NCBI RefSeq assembly: GCF_009914755.1
Contig: NC_060929.1
Direction: 5' to 3' (one strand)
Source: the human T2T-CHM13v2.0 reference genome, Homo sapiens
DNA length: 64,000 nucleotides
Shown: piece by piece, positions 26,529 to 42,899 of the stretch
Layout: each line of letters begins with the position of its first letter
Numbering within the stretch: position 1 is the stretch's first letter
Translations under genes and position numbers: made by a program
Notes under the pieces: model-generated
Databases searched by the model: none
Told to the model about the DNA's origin: nothing
The model's input: the letters and a program-made list of their open reading frames with translations, nothing else

Positions 26529-26953
26529 TAATCTTCTTACTCTTTTTTCTTTCTGGACTACTTTTCTGCAATCTATGATATAGTGTTGGCTGATAGCCTG
26601 GTGGCCAGAATTCAGTAGTTCTCATTTGCAGGCCCAGATATAGACCCTCTGAGGTTATCTGGGTCTATATAATCCAGTCACCCCAACTGTTCCCCTGGAA
26701 ATGGAGTGAGGAGGATTTATTAGTTGCTGCCTGAAGAAAAGGGAAATGCTCCAAAAAATTTGGTTGTTTCCAGACTCAAATAGAGCCTGCCTTTCATTGA
26801 TTCTGTTGCCCTTAAAGCTTCACGGTGAAGATGCAGTTGCTTCCAAAAGGCTTCTTTCTGGTGCCTAAGCCTCCTTATACTTGCTTCAGAGCCCTTTCCG
26901 TGAACCAGCTGTGTATTGCTCTTCTCATCCCAACACTTGCAATGGCTGAATAA

Positions 26954-27330
<377 letters not shown>

Positions 27331-28113
27331 TCACTGATGAATTCTTTTGCTTTTTAAAGAAACTGTTCATTTATTTTCACAGTCTGCAAAAGCCTAAGAT
27401 AAAGATGCCACACTCTGAAAGGATCAACAAGGGCATCACCAAGTAATGTTTTCTGCAGGATAAACAAGTCAGGCATTAAATTGGTTAATCCTGATTACTG
27501 GCCCCTTTCTCTAGCCTCCCCTCTGTGTGAGCAGACCCGGACCACAGGCTTTCTTATTTCCTTTCAGCTTCCCTTGAGACTGAGCAGAGAGAGAAAATTA
27601 GCTAAATCAGGAATGCAGGGAATACAGTTGCAGCCTCTTCTTCAGATGGAGGAATGCGTTTTGGGGGGAGGGACATTAAAGGGCCAGTCGCTCATGTTAC
27701 AGCTCTTTTTAACTTCATGAGTACTAATGCCCTGAAGAGGTTTTAATGAATGCCCTCTTGTGATCAGTTCCTAGGGCAATCCCAGGTTATAAAAGGACTG
27801 CCCCTGCCTGTGAGGGAACTGGCCTGGCTTCAGTGGGCCAGGCTGCTTTGTTATCTGTTATTGGTTTTTCCAGCTCCTCTTTCTACATTTCAAGGGATCT
27901 CAGGCCTTACCTAAGGCAACAGTACATTAGTTTTAGAGTGGGAGATGCTCACAGTTTTCAGAAGAGTTCAGAAAGTTTCAAAACACACAGCACTGCAGAA
28001 GATAACATTATAGCTTCTCAAGACCCCAGGGGATCTGGGACTAAACAGTGAAAGATTAATTAGGTAGCGGAAGCCACTAAGGCAGTGAGTCTTAGTTAGA
28101 GAACTTTGGTTTA

Positions 28114-28626
<513 letters not shown>

Positions 28627-28749
28627 TAAGGTAAATATTCCTGAGGTTGTCTTATATCATTACAGGGTCAGAATGCATGCAAGGAAGCCATCTGTTTATG
28701 GTTCTTGTGAGAAGCAGGGGGCCTTTCCCCATGCCCGAGAGATAATTGT

Positions 28750-28983
28750 TAAGAGCTCAAGCTTGGGAGTCAGTGACCCTTTCTGAATTCTACCTCTGCC
28801 ACTCAGTAATTGTATGTTCCTGGGACCATTACTTAACTTTCCTGATTCTCAGTTTCTTTCTCTATAAAATGGGGAGAATAGTGGTGTCTACCTTATAGGG
28901 TTCTTGGAAGAATTAGATGAGATAATGCACACATATTGCAGAATCTGAAGAACAATCAGGGTTTAGTAAATAGTAGCTATTTT
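28750..28983 (+). mobile_element. MIR
   Basis: ctcagtttctttctctataaaatgggga...taccttatagggtt.tt...agaattagatgagataatgca. Confidence 0.7.
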
Positions 28984-31900
28984 TAAATGATTTTTCCAGG
29001 TATGAGTCTATCCTACAGCTTCAAAATTTAGACCCAGGTTGTTCTGAGTATTCTCTGTGGGAAGAATCTGCTATAGAGAAGATTTTTTTAAAGTGCCTGT
29101 CTCTTTGTTTCCTTAGGGGATTGCTTTTGCCCTGATTTGCCACATCTCTTTACTCTGTGGAAAATGGACAGTTTATGTGCCCTAGTTTTATATGGGGATT
29201 TATATTCTTAATTGTCTCAAGGATTCTTACCTGTCTGACAAAACCAACTCCCCATGGAAAGACTCCATGGAGACTCCATCTCTGATCCTTCCCCAGAAAG
29301 AAAGCATGATTCTTAAGTTTTTTAGAATCTGTTTAGGAGCACTGTCAACATGAATTTTTCTATTTCATGAGTGAGTGCAGCCTCGGGCCTTGTTGGAGAA
29401 TTTAGAAAGCATGCTGTTCCACTAACCTGTTCAACCTCAACTTCTGCCGTTGTCATAGCAATGACAGTCCTGGGAGGTGTGTGCATATCCTTATTAGGAA
29501 AAAAAAATGAGATCAGGGATCTATGTGAGTGGGGCAGCTCCCGCCTGTGAGTATCCTTCGCTGTCACCTGCCATCTGACAGCCCAGGAGTGCCAGCTTGG
29601 CTTGGCTTTCTCTACCCGAGGAAAGTAAGTCCTTTTAAGATGCACTTTTACTTTCTGGGGTTGTGAAACTCATTGTGTTTGCCAGAGTTCTCTTCGCAGC
29701 TTATGTAAAGAATTTGTTTGTTTTGGATTGACCTGAAGGGAGGAAGCAAGGGTGTGGGAAGGGGAATTAGCATCCCCTACCTAGGAGAAGCCATGAAGCT
29801 TACTTAAGTCTCTGCTGGCTCCATCCATTCATGACTTTCTTCATCTTCTTCTTGGGAAAACACTCTGTACCTTCCACTTTTAATGGTCATGTAAATAAAA
29901 GACTAGAATGGAGATGTCCTGGTTTTCTGAAATTAAACATTTTTGTTTATGAATAGACTCTAAGATAATTCTTTCCCTAGACGCTCTGTATTTTCTTGGA
30001 CCTCTCATTTGCCCCATAGTAATTATTCTAGGATTGGTGGCCTGGGCAGAATACAGTCATGGTTAAGACCATGATACATAATAGAAGAATTTCTTCCGTA
30101 ACAGTAGCCCCAAACAGAGATCACGTGTCTCCTGAAACCTATCCAGTCTCATGTGCACTCAGATGTACGATCCTGGATATAACATTTTAGAGGGTGTAGT
30201 GAGGAGAATAGAACAACACTGTTCTCTTAGGCTGCAGTTTCCTTCAAGCCCCACGATGGAGAGAAGCAGGCTAATGCAGGGTAAGGAAATAGAGACTTAT
30301 TATAGTTTCTTCAGTTATCATTGATTCCTTTAATATGCCAGCTACATTGAGGCAATACAGTCTGGCCTCTGAAAACCTTGTCAGGAGAAACAACTTTTGA
30401 ATATATCTTAGAAAAATAAGACACTTTATCCCTTCTTTTGTTTAAGAGTGTTGCATAAAACAGGAGAGTTTCTGAATTACCCTCCCTTCTAGCTTTCTTT
30501 ATACACCATTCTTTGTAGCTGAAGTTTTAAGCCCCTTGTCAAAAGGGAGATTCAAGTTTCTGCTGGGGACATCTCAGTGTCACAAAGGGCCAAGGAAGTA
30601 GGGTCTCACCAACTTTGCCACCTGACTCAGCTCAAAGGTGATAGGTCACCTGTGTGACTGAGAGCTTTGTGGGAAAGATGATATGGAGGGTGGAGAGTCT
30701 GCACTTCACTCTGTGGGAAAAATTGCTGAGGTTGTTTAGAATTGTTAGGCTTGGAACTCCTCCTGGGAGGTGCTTGAACAAGAAAGACCTGCTTATAACC
30801 TGAGTTGAGGGCAGAGGAGGAAGATAGTTTGTAATTCCTTTACGTTTTGTGGCTCCGGCAAGCCCTGTCCTCAGCCTCACTGACACAAGTAAACTAAAAA
30901 TGAAAGTCTGTCCTAGTGACAGCAAGGGTCTTTCATGGCAATATTTTAAAAGAAACTCTGCCCAGATTTCAAAGGAACGTGAAAATTTTATCTTCAGAGG
31001 CAGTCAGCTTTGCAGTTGAAAAGGTCATTGCCTAATCTGGAGAAACATATTCAGTTCAAGCACTGGCTAGAGACTAGAGGCCCCCAGGAAAGGGCCATAA
31101 GATTGGTCACTGCCAGGAAGCCTGTCAATGAGTGTGTGGACTGGAGAGGAATCTTTCTCTGCCTCAGCACTTGGAGTCTCCGTTATTCACAATCAGAAAA
31201 AGAGGGAGAGCAGAGATAGATGACATTCCACGTTTTTCTCGGTGAGACCAAGAGCTTCCTCAGCAACAGCCCTGCCTGAAATTGTCTATCTCCAAGGGCG
31301 TGGGCTAGGCAAAGGATGGGAGAAGTCAGTCCTGAAGATGGTAATACTTAAAGGAAATAAGGGGGACAAAGGATGCTTGTGCTACTATTGAAACAGGAAA
31401 TTGAGAGCTCTGTAGAAGTCAGACTCAAGAGGCATAATAATAGAAAGTTAGGGTATGAAAAGGTGACTTTTAAGAACCAAATGTGGACCCGAAAGAGAAC
31501 AAAGAGAAGTTTATTGTAACTAGCGTTGTATTCCTTGTCTGCTGGATACCAAACAATGTACCCCGGGTCTTGAGATTATCGATGCCATTGTCTGTAAAAA
31601 ACCAACCAAACAAACTTTAAAAATAAGTAAAGCCTGCCCTGTACAGAAAATCTAATAAAGCAAATTTGTTGGTGATGTTCCAAGAAGGTTCACCAGCTTG
31701 GGCTTTCAACCAGCATTGACCCAATCTTGTGTCCAGAGCTGTTGCTGTAGGTGGTATCATGTATCAAGCTGAATAGTGAGGTGACATTCCCCAAGTCTTC
31801 TCTCTTGTCTTTTTTGACTGTGCATCATAGATACTGTATTACCCAAGAACACACACCTGTTCGATCTCTTTTCCTATAATCACCTGGAGTCAGATGAATA

Positions 31901-32682
31901 CCGTAAAGGTCTGTGGTAAGACTAGAAGCCTCAGCCAGTATGAATGATTTACATTAGATGCACACCAAGCTGCTTTCGGAGAGTCCAGATTTATGGGGAT
32001 AAGAGCATCACTAGGTATATCAACAGCCCTAGGGTGGATACCTTTGAGCCTGTAAATTTGGCTCTGTGTTGGACGATGAACCATGGAATACAGAAGAAGC
32101 TCCCTTCTCTCAGCTAAAGCCTATTAGCAAAAATAGAGCCCTGAGGACATTGTATTTTAAGTGTATGTTCCAGTGAGTGGGTCGTTGCTGGGTCAAGTTT
32201 TATAAGTCTTTAAATCCCATACTGTTGCCTCCTGGACTGTAGAAATAGTCTCTTAGAACAAGAGAAAGGAAGACAATAGCTACCATTTATTGAGAACTGT
32301 GATAAGCACTTTACATATGTTGCATACTTAACTTTGAGAGAAGTACATTATTATTCCCATGTTTCAGATAAAAAAATTAAAGCTCATAAGAATTAAGTGG
32401 CTTTCTTACATTCACACAGCTAGTAAAAATGTTTTTTGCTCACCATTGTATTCCCATTGTCAAGCAGGATGCCTAGCACACAATGATGCTCAATAAATTT
32501 TGTTAAATTCATTAATAAATGCAGTGGTAAAGGCAGTATTTGAACTCATGTCTGCTTGCTGCTGAACTCTATACACTTAACACATTACTATTATCTTGTC
32601 CCGCATGATACATGAAGGGAATAGCTTGGTAACTTGGAAAAGACTATTTACTGTCTGAGTTCTAGGCCAACTGTAGGGTGTC

Positions 32683-33278
32683 TGTATTTATTTCCCATTA
32701 TGCTATAACAAATTAACCATAAACTTCATGGCTTAAAACAACACAATGTATTATCTTACAGTTCTGGAAGTCAGAAGTCCACAGTGAGTTTCACTGGCTA
32801 AAATCAAGGTGTGTTCTTGCCACTATATAACAAGGATCCACTTTCCTTTAGTTTCCAATAACAGGCTCCTTATTTCTACCTGAGCCCTCACTGGCAGCAC
32901 CTTTAATGCCATATTTGTAATAACAATCTGTTCATGACAATTTAGGTTTGCTCCTCACTTTTTTCTGAGTCCTCTCTAGTAGAGCCATTAATATGCATAT
33001 TGCTACTAGCAGCCTGTTCAAGGTAATGTAGGCTCTTTCTATCATGCTCTTCAAAATTCTTCTAGACTCTGCCCATTTCCCAATCTCAAGGCCACTTCCG
33101 CATTTTTAGGCATTTATAACGGCAGAACCGCACTTCCAGATACCAAAATCTGTATTAGTTTCCTAGGGCTGCCATAACAAATTAACACAAAATCCCTTTT
33201 GCCATGTAACATAACATATTCACAAGTTCTAAAATTAGAATGCAGTCATTTTGGTGGGGCCATTATTCTGCCTACCAC
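32683..33278 (-). mobile_element. Collapsed MLT1 (MaLR) provirus remnant: LTR piece, internal piece, LTR piece
   Basis: Two LTR 3' ends (tgtatt...) at 32683 and 33151, the int/LTR junction gataccaaaatc|tgtattag, and the MLT1D-like LTR start ggggccattattctgcctaccac. Confidence 0.7.
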
Positions 33279-33306
33279 CCGGTCTTTCATGTTCAGGCAG
33301 AGGTGG

Positions 33307-33309
<3 letters not shown>

Positions 33310-33348
<39 letters not shown>
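33310..33348. repeat. (TG)n microsatellite
   Basis: Direct reading. Confidence 0.95.
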
Positions 33349-33350
<2 letters not shown>

Positions 33351-34754
33351 GTTAATTTCAGTAGAGAATGAGCTAGAGTAGAGAAAGAGAATTAAGGTGA
33401 GATGTGTCATGGAAGAACAGTGACTGATGATGCTAACTTTGCTCAATCAAGAAGTGTGATCCATTTAAATCATGCTTTCAGTGATCTATCCAATCAGATA
33501 AACTACTCTCCCTTCCTGGGAAGAGTAAGGAAGGAAGTAGAGCTAAAGATGAAAGTTCTTTTCGTAGCACATCCCTGCAAAGGATGGGAGTATTGTTTTG
33601 GTGGGCATTCCCTTTTCTAAGAGCAAAGATGGAAATGTGGAGAGAGGAGAAAAATGGTTCCCATTACATTATTGTGTTCTGGACTTAGAGATATTGTTCT
33701 GCCCCAGGTCTAAGAATATTGTTCCAAGAGTTGGGAGCAGGCAGCAGAGGACAGTACTCTTTAGATCACCCAGAGGCCAATCTGTAAGGATTCAATCCTG
33801 GGGCATGGTAGCTAATGGAAAAGTCACTGTCACAAGTGATGCCAGGAGATGGGGCAACACATATTGCCTGCCTTGTATGCATCTAGCGTCTGTGTCTAAG
33901 TGAAAGCAGATTATATCCAGAACTTCCCTGGAAAATAGAAGAAAGAGCCTGATTGGTGTGTATGTGTGTGTTAGGGGTTGAGGGGTGGGTAATGTTCCTG
34001 CCAGTATTCGTAAATCCCACCTGCTTTTCCTGTGATGCTTCCTGTGTTGGGGATAGGAGGGTGGGATGGTTCAGGGTCAATTTTATGGATCCATATGTAT
34101 CTAAGGATGTGTTTGTTTTTTGGGAACATTTTGTATAACAACCAGTTTCACTCTAGCTCCCTCCTTGATATTCTAAACAAGCTGGATATCTCCAAAGCTT
34201 AGGCCCTCTCCATACTTACAGCAGCTCTGACTGGAGATTAAATCACCCCTTATACTGCTGACAATGATTAGGCCATGGGACCCATGAAAGAGCCTCCCCA
34301 GAGTCCAGCATCCCCTGTGGGCTCCGTGTGTCATCAAGATGTCAATCCAACTGCTGTTCCTGCAGTCTGCAATCAGCAGGGCTATGTTTATTCAGCGGTC
34401 AGTGTCACATCAATTTCCTTCTGTTGCAACAAGTATAAATGGATTCTAAATATTTGCCTTTGGGAAATTTCTTTAGAGGGAAACTCACTAAAGCTAATTT
34501 TTTTAGCTTTTTGGTATGTTCTCTCTGAATCTGGGGATTTAGATATATAAATTAGCTTCTTTGGTCTTTTCTTGCCCAGGGTCACAACCTTGCCTCCAGG
34601 ATAATACCTTCTAAGTGTTTGTGATTTGAAGGGCACTACGAAGATCCTCACAAAAACTACCTCCCAGCCGGGTCCCTGAAACTCCATCATTAACCACCTT
34701 CATCAGCATTTCTCTTTTAAAATCCTTATTCATTCCTGTTCTCCTTCTTTCTTT

Positions 34755-34756
<2 letters not shown>

Positions 34757-34805
<49 letters not shown>

Positions 34806-34838
34806 GGAGAGAGAGACAGAGAGAGAGAGAGATAGAGA
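34757..34838. repeat. (CA)n followed by imperfect (GA)n
   Basis: Direct reading. Confidence 0.95.
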
Positions 34839-34919
34839 AGTGAAGTATATAGTATCCTTTCTAGGGATGCTTTTCTTGGCTTGGCTCCAATAGAGAATTT
34901 TGTTGGGACCCTCTATATA

Positions 34920-35252
34920 TAGTCGTGTACCAAATAATGACACTTTGGTTAACAATGGACCACATATGTGACAGCTGTCCCATAAGATTGTAATACCATA
35001 TTTTTACTGTACCTTTTCTATGTTTAGATACACAAATACTTGCCATTATATTACAATTGCGCAGTATTTTGTACAGTAACATGCTGTGCAGGTTTGTAGC
35101 CTAGGAGCAATAGGCTATACCATATAGCCTAGGTATGTAGTAGGCTATGCCATCTAGGTTTGTGTAAGTACGCTCTATGATGTCCATACAACAAAAATGC
35201 CTAGTGATGCATTTCTCAGAACATATCCCCATTGTTAAGTGATACATGACTG
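34920..35252 (+). mobile_element. Tigger3a / MER7A DNA transposon
   Basis: Termini (c)agtc.tg and catgactg with flanking TA; internal ggaccacatatg...cccataagatt and gtagcctaggagcaataggcta. Confidence 0.85.
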
Positions 35253-35689
35253 TAGTCATCATCAAACATTTATTAAGCACTTAGGTCAGGCCAGGCTCTG
35301 TTCTAGGTGATGCAGATATAATATTAAATATAACACAGTCCTGCCCTTATAAATCTAATGGTGAAGGGAGAAATGTAAAGAAATATGATGGAAATATTAC
35401 ATTGTCATGTGATAAGGGCGACAATAATGCCCTACGTAGGTAGGGTCAACGAAGGGGAAGGAAGCTGGGACAAACCACCAGGGCCTGTTGGTCCAGAATG
35501 GGACCCAGGGTCTGTCTATGTTATAATCAATTCAAACCCTAGGTAAATAAGGTAAGCTAGGCTGCCTTTCTTGAGACAGTCCCCAGATTGTTTTCACAGG
35601 GCCCAAACACTCTCAGCAACCATGAACAGTGGATGTTGTGGGACCTCAGAAGATGGAATTGGAAATTCAGGGGACTAAGTCAGAGATTA

Positions 35690-36174
<485 letters not shown>

Positions 36175-36363
36175 TTAGGAAATGAGATCAGAAATGTAGA
36201 CTGGAATCAGATTTTGTAGGACCTTAAACATCCTGCTAAATAATTTGTAGTTTCATTTGTTGGCCATGGAGACCCACTAGAAGGTTAGTTGGTTTGTTTA
36301 TATTTAGGAAAGAAGATTCTTTTAAGTTTCCTTAACTCTACTGAATTTTCAAAAATCAACCTA

Positions 36364-36844
36364 CAGCAATCCAAACTTATCTGTGGAGATACATTCCAAG
36401 ACCCTCAGTGGATGCCTGAAACCTCATTTAGTACTGACCTTTATATACATTATGTTCTTTCATAGGTGCACCTATGATAAAGTTTAATTTATAAATTAGG
36501 CACAATACTCTTGTGCTTTGGGGCCAGTATTAAGTAAAATAAGGGTACTTGAATACAAGCCCTTTGATACCAAAACAGCCAGTCGGATACCAAGACACTT
36601 TCTAAGTGAACTAACAGGTGAGTAGTGTAGACGGCATGGATAGGTCGGACAGAGGGATGATTCACGTACTGGGCAGGATAAAGCGGGATGGCTCGAGATT
36701 TCATCACATTACTCAGAACAGCTTGCAATTTAAAACTTATGAATTGTTTATTTTTGAAATTTTTCATTTAATATTTTCAGACTAAGGTTGACTGTGGGTA
36801 ACTGAAGCCTCAGAAATCAAACCTCAAATAAGGGGCGATCACTG
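36364..36844 (-). mobile_element. MER44 (Tigger7-derived, MER44B-like)
   Basis: TA-flanked, degenerate TIRs (cag.a.tcc...cttatc / ataagggg...actg); internal gagatttcatcac..tactcagaac.gc..gcaatttaaaacttatgaattg. Confidence 0.82.
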
Positions 36845-37780
36845 TACTGAATAATATGTCAAGATGAGCTATGAGCTTTTAACTTAGTGTTTTTCTTCTC
36901 CCAAACCAAATATTGGAAACTTTGGAGTGTTTAGAAAAGGAGAATCGAAAAGGGAAGTAAATGCAGCATTTTTTTTAATTGTTAAATAAAGGGCTGGGCT
37001 TGGAAATGTTCTTAGGTAATCCTGGTGGATTTGGTATATCATGTCTGAGAAAATGTGGAGAGTGAAGGGCAGGTTTAAAATTTGTCTCATGTTAGTTTCT
37101 GAAGGGAGATAGCCTGGCATTGCACAGTGCCTCACATTTCTATCGTATCACTTAATAATTGTGCAACCTGTGCTTCAGATTTATCAATGTATAAAAGAGG
37201 AGAGACCATAGGCTGTTGTAAGTATTAAATGACATAATGCACGCAAAATGCTTAGAACCATGCTTAGTTCATGGTAGCCACTCAAAAATGTCGTCAGAAC
37301 TATTACTACTCAGTTTAATGCTCCTAGCACTTAACACAGTGCTTGGCACACAGTAAAGAGGATTCAAGATGTTTTTGCTAGATTACATGGAATGGTATGG
37401 AAGTGTGCAGGGTGGTGTAGAGGGTTCTCCCATTATCTTGCCTTCCTTATACTGCAATGTGCTGACAGCACCTCCATTTTATACCCTCAATGCAAGGATA
37501 TCACTACTTGTCTAGAAATGGTTGCTCAAGGCTGAGAAGTGACAGCAACACAGAGCCTGGGATTGCTGCCAAATTTCAAGAAGCACAGATTGTAACAAAG
37601 TAAGGGGGGAGGGTAGAGAAGAAAAGTTTGAAAACCCAACCAAAGTCAGAAGCCATTTTGTTGTCGGCTGAAATAATGCCTCATAGAGTTTCAGGTGGGG
37701 CAGGCAGTGTGAAAACTTTGGGAATAGTCAGTGTCAAGTTGTGGTGCTAAGGGAGGAACCCAGTAGTGCTCAGGCCTGGG

Positions 37781-37943
37781 CAAGTCTGGCTTCTTGGGGC
37801 CCAGCATTTAGAAAGGCCCTGTGTGTTTTGATATTATGCTGTCACTATCTTGAAGTTCTTGATAATTTGTTAACAAGGGCCGCCTCCCCCCATTTTCATT
37901 TGGCAAATTTCACTGGTTCCTGCAAATTATGTAGTTAATCCTG
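37781..37943 (+). mobile_element. MER45A (hAT-Tip100)
   Basis: gctgtcac.atcttgaa.ttctt.ataattt...aacaagggcc...cattttcattt.gca...gcaaattatgtag...tcctg. Confidence 0.7.
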
Positions 37944-38319
37944 GGTGCAGGCTAGTTTTTGAACCATGTTGGGCTAGTATTCTTCTGAACCTCTATCTCT
38001 TTGATTTAATTACAGAAGAAACAAAAGTCATAACAAATTATATCTGTGCAGGACTAAAATAAAATGAGTAGTGCCTCACTCCCTACATCCAATCATGCTT
38101 TCCAAAAGTAACCACTACCAATAATTTAGCGTGCATCTTCAGAATTCTTTATATGCCTACATTTTAATGTATTTTTAAATAAAATAGAATTACATTGTTG
38201 AAGTAAATATTAAAAAATATAGCATTTTTGCATAGAAATATTTATTTCCCTCAATCCCACTCCCCTTTGGTGAAGCAACCACTGTTAACAATTTTGTGTG
38301 TATCCTCCAATATTTTTTT

Positions 38320-38554
38320 GAAATTAATGAACTTTACTTTTTAGAGCAGTTTTAGGTTCACAGGAAAGTTGAGTAGAAAGTGCAGAGTTCTCATGCACTC
38401 CTGCTCTCCCACATACACAATGCCCCCACACCCCCGCCACAGTGACATCCTGCCCAGAGTGGTACATTCATGACAATTGATGAAACTATATTGACATCAT
38501 TATTGAAACTATCATTACCACCCAACTTCCATGTTTACTTTAGGGTTCACTCTT
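38320..38554 (-). mobile_element. L1MC-type 3' end
   Basis: ttttagagcagttttaggttcacag.aaa.ttgag.agaaagt.cagagttc...agggttcactctt. Confidence 0.75.
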
Positions 38555-38566
38555 CCAAATATTTCT

Positions 38567-38906
38567 TGCATCACTTAACAATGGGGATACACTGAGAAAT
38601 GTGTCTTTAGGCAGTTTTTTCGTTGTACAAATATCATAGAATGTACTTACATAAACCTAGATGATATAGCATACTACACACTTAGGCTCTATCGTATGGC
38701 CTATTTCTCCTAGGCTACAAACCTGTATATCATGTTACTATACTGAATACTGTAGGCAATTTTTACACAATGATAAGTATTTGTGTATCTCAACATACCT
38801 AAACGCAGAAAAAGTACAATAAAAATACATTATTATAATCTTACAGGACAACTGTCATATGTGTGGTCCGTTGTTGACTGAAACATGATTATGGGGCGCA
38901 TGACTA
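38567..38906 (-). mobile_element. Tigger3a / MER7A DNA transposon
   Basis: Reverse-complement homolog of 34920-35252, ending gcgcatgact.ta. Confidence 0.82.
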
Positions 38907-38962
38907 TATAGAGATTTTCAAAAAGCAAAATGGGATAATGCAATATGTATTATTATACAGCT

Positions 38963-38963
<1 letters not shown>

Positions 38964-38991
<28 letters not shown>
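38964..38991. repeat. (TG)n microsatellite
   Basis: Direct reading. Confidence 0.95.
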
Positions 38992-38995
<4 letters not shown>

Positions 38996-39419
38996 TAACA
39001 AACACCTTTCTACGTCAGTACATATAGATTTGCCACAATCTTCTTGAGTAAGGATATAGCACTATGTTGTATACCTATATTATAATTTATCCAATTTGCT
39101 GTTGGTATCTATGTTTTCTAAACAATACAATATACATTCTTATACATATTTCTTATGCATGCTTGCTAGTATTTATACAGGATAAATTTCAAGAAGTAGA
39201 ATTACAGAATCATAGGATATAAAAATATCAAATTGGCAAATTGGCATTCACGTACCTGTGGTTGGACTGCACTTGTTACATACTTCCCTCTGAGCCTTCC
39301 ATCCCCACCTCGAGCTAGTGCTATATGTCACTTAACTCAGTGACATCATCATCAACAGACTTAGCCTCTGCAGTTGAAAATGCTAGAGCAAACAGAGGAG
39401 AAAATTTACTTGTGAATCA

Positions 39420-39657
39420 TAATAGCTAACCTGTACTGAACAGTTAAGCCATGTGCCAAGTATTATTCTAAGCACTTTACAAGTATTAACTCCTTTAATC
39501 TGTATAACCACACCCAGAAATTTGTGCATTATTATACTCATTTTACTGCTAAGAAAACTGACACCCATAGGATTAAATCAGATCACACATTTAGTAAGGG
39601 CACCAGGATCTGAAGCAGGATTGTTTGACTTCTGAGTCTGTGCTCTTAACCACTGCA
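39420..39657 (-). mobile_element. MIR
   Basis: aatagctaac...atgtgcca...ttctaagcacttta...cattttac...gaaaactga...tgctcttaaccact. Confidence 0.7.
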
Positions 39658-39848
39658 CACACCGTCTCTAGAAAGTTTAATGCCATCTTTATGCCAAAGT
39701 TTATCTACCTGGTTTATCCTTTAACACTATTATTGTATTTATTCATTTACTTGTCTTTTCCTCCCACTGTGCTGTAACTCTTTGAGAACAGGGTACTTGT
39801 CCTAATATTATTCATATTTATATCCCTAATTCCTAATTTAATGTCTAA

Positions 39849-40155
<307 letters not shown>

Positions 40156-40194
40156 TTGTAAATAATAAGTTTAGTTGAATAAATAACAATGCCT

Positions 40195-40350
40195 CCGGGA
40201 GGTAGCTATTATATCCATTTTACAGATGAAGAAACTGTAAGTCAATGTTAATCAAATAGTATCCTAGAAAATAGTAGAAAGCAGAATGCTGGAGCTGAGA
40301 TTTGAACCCAAGACTTTTGATACTTCGTCCAGTGTGCTTTCCACCATGCC
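40195..40350 (-). mobile_element. MIR
   Basis: ccattttacagatgaagaaactg...gagatttgaacccaagact. Confidence 0.7.
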
Positions 40351-41633
40351 TAAGTAGTCTCCTTCACTTCCTCCTTCAGAGGGCTATGGAGAGTAACCTA
40401 GCAACCATTTCTAAGCTGGAAAATGTCACAGCCGGAAGTCTTCAGTCCCCTAGAAGGAAAAGAGCCTGATGGGGAGAGGGTCCTTGGAAAAGAGAATTTC
40501 TGGAAGTACTACATTTGAGAATAGGTGGTTAAAGTGGGAGTTGGATTAGTAAAGGAATACTGCATAGTAGTAATACCCATTCTTTATTTCAGAATTTCTT
40601 CATGACAGACATTGATCTGTGTGATTTATAAGCCTTGTCTCTTTTTAATGTTCACAATCCCATTAGATGGTTATTGTTATCTTTGTTTTGCATATGAAAG
40701 AATGGGAGCTAAGAGGCCAAGTACCTTGCCTCTTATTCGTTCAACGAATAAGTGGTGAAGCAGATTCCAACTCAAGTCTATGTTACCCAAGAACCTACAT
40801 TTTAAGCATTTTGTTACCCCCTGGATATGACAGCCAATGAAGAGGGGGTATTTTGAGAAGAGACTATAAAGGGAAATTGCCTTCCCTACATCCTGGGGGA
40901 CCTTATCAACCAGGAAACAAGGTAGAGAAAACTGTGCAGCCTGAGCCCTGCTGGGTTGCGGGGGGCTCACAGAAAGAAGAAATGTGATTTTTTTTTAGCT
41001 AACTACGGAGACCAGCCATTCCAATGTTTGAATCTGGGTTCGCAGCACATGATGTCTTTATACTCTTAACCTAGAAATGGCAGAGTTATTTTGGGCACAA
41101 AGCAAGAGCTGTGGCTTTAAAAATATGCCAAGTGTATTTATCTCTTCCGCTCCAAGATTACTGAAAATTAGCCCAGCTGTAGCTTGGGACACCAAACAGC
41201 CAAAAAATCTTCTTCCAGCTCAACTCATTCCACCCAAAGAGGGTGAAATACCCAGGAGTAGCAGCTCTAGCGGCCTCTGGGTAGTGGTATTAGATTGGCC
41301 TCCCCATTGCTAAGCCTGACATCCAATCACACACACACCACTCTCCCAGCTGCTCTGTAGATCACAATGCTAGGCCTGTGAATGGAGCTCAACTCCGTCT
41401 CTTCCCTCATCCCCAAGGCTTCACAAGAAGTAAACAAAACAAACAAAAACTATTTGATTATTGAGCCAAGGAGTCAATGTGAGAATAGTTTTTCACCTTC
41501 ATTATCAAATGCCTGTGTGGAGCTGAATGTGGTGGCTGACACCTGTGATCCTAGCACTTTGGGGAGGCAGAGGTGGGAATATTGCTTGAGGCCAGGAGTT
41601 CAAGACCAGCTTGGGCAACACAGCAAGGCCCTA

Positions 41634-41647
41634 TCTCTCTCTCTGTC

Positions 41648-41712
<65 letters not shown>
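41634..41712. repeat. Compound (CT)n(AT)n microsatellite
   Basis: Direct reading. Confidence 0.95.
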
Positions 41713-42045
<333 letters not shown>

Positions 42046-42899
42046 TAGCCAGGCATAGTGGCGCACACCTGTATTCCTAGCTACTCAGAAGGCTGAGGTG
42101 GGAGGATCACTTGAGTCCAGGAGATCCAGTCTGGCAGTCAGCCATGACCTCACCATTGTACTCCAACCTGGGCAACAGATATAGACGCTGTCTCTAAAAA
42201 AAAAAATCCTGTGTGATTTAGGACAAATTATCTTGCTGTAATTTAAGCCTTCATATTCCTTTTTTATAAAATAAATATGCTTTAAATATGTATTTAGATA
42301 TACACTTATAATAATAGCTTTAATTAATTGTAATTAAATCATTTAAAATTAAATACATGCAAAATACCCCATAAACTGTCTAATCCATAATAAGCAATCA
42401 ATAGTCCTTAAACAAATGAATCTTCTGTTGCTCTGATCTTAATAAGTAAAATTTAACGAGTTTTTACTTTGCACCATGCACTTATGCTATGTGCTGTATA
42501 AGGATAGTTACATTTAATCTATAAATCAACCCTATGGGGCGGGCACTCTTATGAACTTTTTTTACGGATGAAAACTGAGGCCCAGAGATATGAAATAATT
42601 TGCCAAACATCACCATAATTTACATGATGTAGCCAGGTTTAAGCCTACTATTCTGATTACAGAGCCTAAGATCCTACAGAGAACAGGGAGTATATTTTTA
42701 CATTCCCTTGTTTCCATGGAAAAGTCTTTCCACTGTCAATTGAAGGACTAAGCAGCAGCGGGGAAGTGCTGGAAATGCTAGCCCAGGTGGGCTTAGCTTT
42801 CTCCCTCTCTCTCTGATCCTGGACAGGATTTGGGTTTCAGACCACGATTCTCCTGTGTTTTGTGGGCTGTGATTACTCAGATTAGGTTTGCCCAATTCA

